Shown piece by piece: positions 61,174-64,000 of a stretch of 64,000 nt of DNA; position 1 is the first letter of the stretch, and every line of letters starts with the position of its first letter. Both the position numbers and the translations under genes were made by a program. Below the pieces are notes generated by a model. It did not search any database. It worked only from the letters and a program-made list of their open reading frames with translations, and was not told where the DNA came from. This DNA comes from Leptogorgia sarmentosa (taxonomy: Eukaryota), in NCBI GenBank assembly GCA_964658305.1, contig OZ210885.1, positions 24,490,001 to 24,554,000 on the forward strand. The letters run 5' to 3'.

Positions 61174-61498
61174 ATTGAATGAAACAAAGGGTACTGCAAT
61201 AGTAACTATGGGTAATATGATGGATATTAAGGACAAATGGGTATAGATAATTTGGCAGTTGACAGTTCTCGGCCACGTTGATATAAATGTTTTTTAAATT
61301 AAAATAATAAACAATAAAGTTGTATTTTTGTGCTTTATTTTTTTTTGTTTTTAACTGTTATTTAAGAACTTTTTGATAAGTTTTAAAAGTAAATATGAAA
61401 ATAAACTCAATTTTCGAAATGGCAGTTCTCGGCCACCATACTCCAGTAATATAATATAGCTCAGTGGGAAAAACACATTGAAACAAGGTAAAACAAAT

Positions 61499-62717
61499 AT
61501 GGCGGACAAAGTTCTCGCAAAATTTACTCTTTTAAAAAAGCATAGAGTTCTTTGCAAAAAGACTTTGACTACTATTAGCATTATCTGCCATTACTATATG
61601 TAATCCTCCAGTTGATCGAGGAGTATGGATGTTACCTCGTACTGATCACTGGTATTCAATTGTGCGGACAAAATCGTCAGATAAGGAGTGGTATTCGAAT
61701 TTCCGCGTTTCTGGGGAAACGTTTGATTACATACTGTCCAGAATTTCTACCGAGATCAGCCACAAAGACACTAAACTATGTGAAGCAATTCCTCCAACAA
61801 AACGTCTAGCCATTTATCTGTACTATTTGGGCTCTACTGCTGAATATCGAACTATCGCGAACTTGTTTGGTGTGTCGAATGCATTCGTTTGTTTATGCGT
61901 TAAGGAGGTATCTGAGGCTATTTATAAGAAAATGAAGAAGAAGTTTCTGTGTCTAAGGGTGATGACCTGAAGAATGTCATGGCAATGTACAAAGAAAGGT
62001 GGGGATTTCCTATGTGTCCAGGTGCCATTGATGGCACACACATTGCAATACAAGCCCCTGCTGGAAACCATGCTGATTATGTCAACAGAAAAAGTTATCA
62101 TAGTATAGTAATGCAGGCAGTGGTGGACTGCCAGTATCTTTTTTGTGATGTCGTCATTGGATGGCCAGGCAGTGTCCATGACGCTAGAGTCCTGTCCAAT
62201 TTGGAGATTTACAGCCTTGGTTCCCAATCGCAGTTGTTTGATGTCAATGTGAAAAAGAAAATTCTTGGTGTTGATGTTGGGCCAGTTATTCTTGGCGACC
62301 CTGCCTATCCACTCCTGATATGGCTGATGAAAGCATATTCTGAAAACGCCAACACACCCAAATGGCAGACGTTTTAATTATCGGCTTAGTAGGGCCAGAA
62401 TGACTGTCGAGAACACATTCGGTAGGTGGAAGGGTCGGTTTAGAAGATTTAGCAAGAGAGTTGATATGCAAGTTGAATCAGTTACCTACCTTGCAGCCTC
62501 TTCATGTGTTGTTCACAACATCTGTGAGCTTAGACGAGATGACTTTTTTCAAGAGTGGTTAGAAGTGTGCAACAATGTTGACCAACCTGAAAGCCTACCA
62601 TTATCAAATGAAGATGTGGATTCACAATGTGAGTCAGATGCCACAGTTGTTCGAGATACTCTGGCAAGATATTTCACAACAATGGAGGGCAGAAATATTG
62701 AGCAAGGGATTGTATAA
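61499..62717 (+). pseudogene. Harbinger/HARBI1-like transposase, frameshifted
   Basis: NFRVSGETF, YRTIANLFGVS, GAIDGTHI, GWPGSVHDARV, LGDPAYPL, VENTFGRWKGRF, VHNIC; frameshifts near 61620, 61950 and 62372. Confidence 0.92.
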
Positions 62718-63400
62718 ACATATTTTGGTACAGGCTAAATGTACATGTATTGTAAATTTACAGGCTCTAAAGTCAACCTTTCTATCCAGTGGTATAATCA
62801 TAGATGTTGTGACAATAGATTTTTTTGTATTTCAGAGTAAGATTCTGTATAATATTTACTCAAGTTGCCCTATTTAAAATGTGACAAATTAAATTAAGTT
62901 TGATCTGATTATTTATACTGCATATGGTAGATAAAGTTCCCCTTTTTGTCAATAAGTATTGTTGCGTTGAGTTTTATAAGAACAAATAACATAACAATTA
63001 ACATGAAGTATAGAGATATTTGCCGCCCGCAAGACAAAAAAGCGCGCGAACAAAAGGAAGCCATATTTTGATGTTGACATTTATTCCGAAGTAAAAGCGT
63101 ATAAAAAGTGATGTTTCAATTAAAGGTTTAAGTCTAAAGGTTTAAGTAACAGTGGTTTGGACAAATGTAAGTAAATGAGGTATTATGTAGTCTAATTTAG
63201 TGCACGCAAATAGTCATAAATATCTTTATTTCTTTATTTCCTTATAGCTTCAGATTGCATATATTTGCATGTCAAATATAATAAATAAGAAACCAAACCA
63301 TTGTTTATGTTGAATTGTCGTGCGCCATCGGTCCACTATCTGAAGATTTTCTATATGTTTGCTGATGGTGCTATGTACTGAACTTTGTCTGTAAATTACA

Positions 63401-64000
63401 ATGGATAACGATACGAATAAAGCTAAGAATGCGCGTCGGGGTGCAAAGGGTGCTCTGACGAGGGCAATCAACGTAACAAGGGAAATCATGGAAGCATATC
63501 GTTCGAAAAGTGAAGTGACAAAAGCCCTGATTGCAGTACAACAAGCCCACGATGCCCTATTGATGAAACATGAAGAATTTGCCATGTTATTAGACGATGA
63601 AGAGTTCGAAGAAGCTGAAAGATGGATGCAAGTTTGTACAAGTGAGTACACAGCCTTTACTATGAGTTGTCATGACTATATTAATGAAGTAAATGGAGAT
63701 AAAAGTAAACAGAATACAAGTGACATTGACGTTGTGGAAACAAGCGCTGGGAACGATGAGCAAAACGATCATGGTGAAGGAAGTAACGAAATGATTGAGC
63801 AGTCTGCTGTTTCTAATGAAAGTAATCACCCAAACACAATTCAAAACCCTGATGCAATAGAACCAAGTTCGAGTTCAGCCAAGCCCTTTACTGTAAAACA
63901 CGAAAAAGCCAAGTTACCTGTGTTTGCTGGGGACGTTCGACAGTATTTCATATTTAAGTCAGATTTTAAACACGCTGTTGAAGCACAATATTCTGAAAGA
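63401..64000 (+). CDS. BEL/Pao Gag N-terminus, runs off the window
   Basis: Open frame from ATG 63401 (MDNDTNKAKNARRGAKGALTR...) to KLPVFAGDVRQYFIFKSDF (DUF1759-like); possible 5' LTR at about 62960-63118. Confidence 0.75.
   Translation, partial: MDNDTNKAKNARRGAKGALTRAINVTREIMEAYRSKSEVTKALIAVQQAHDALLMKHEEFAMLLDDEEFEEAERWMQVCTSEYTAFTMSCHDYINEVNGDKSKQNTSDIDVVETSAGNDEQNDHGEGSNEMIEQSAVSNESNHPNTIQNPDAIEPSSSSAKPFTVKHEKAKLPVFAGDVRQYFIFKSDFKHAVEAQYSER

Larger units (their letters stand above)
57711..61440. mobile_element. IS3EU-type DNA transposon carrying an alpha-kinase gene
   Basis: TATGGTGGCCGAGAACTGCC...GGCAGTTCTCGGCCACCATA; exact 6-bp TSD CTCCAG; second inverted block 57760-57842 vs about 61202-61286; two convergent genes. 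Confidence 0.93.

Noticed and set aside
57670..63070. Inverted similarity between 57672-57702 and 63040-63070 as Harbinger TIRs
   Set aside because: Short gapped match with no clear terminus or TSD; the right copy may be part of the BEL LTR.

Overview
AT-rich, intron-containing eukaryotic DNA (animal; a cnidarian-like invertebrate is plausible but is inference) made almost entirely of nested transposable elements. Most element boundaries can be fixed from terminal repeats and target-site duplications (TSDs). Nest 1 (2864-17351): a foldback-type element contains an IS3EU-type transposon carrying a HECT E3-ligase gene, whose transposase is split by a Gypsy retrotransposon with identical LTRs. 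An intact 8-exon orphan gene with a SAM-like N-terminus follows (17783-25123), with a hAT element in its last intron. Nest 2 (26750-57624): a 30.9-kb foldback-type element with an 8-bp TSD and arms that continue into inverted 10-bp satellite arrays. It encodes a decayed MULE-like transposase-OTU-CXC fusion and a divergent, decayed AAA+/helicase-like gene. It hosts a mariner-type MITE, a BEL retrotransposon, an Academ element, and an apparently intact 4.2-kb transposon (300-bp TIRs, 9-bp TSD, spliced 944-aa DDE-like + RING-H2 protein) that I cannot assign to a family. The window ends with a second IS3EU-type element carrying an alpha-kinase, a decayed Harbinger transposase and the start of a BEL gag. 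Four unrelated or distinct DNA transposons here carry protein-modification enzymes (HECT, OTU, RING-H2, alpha-kinase). All family calls come from motif reading by eye; no searches were run.
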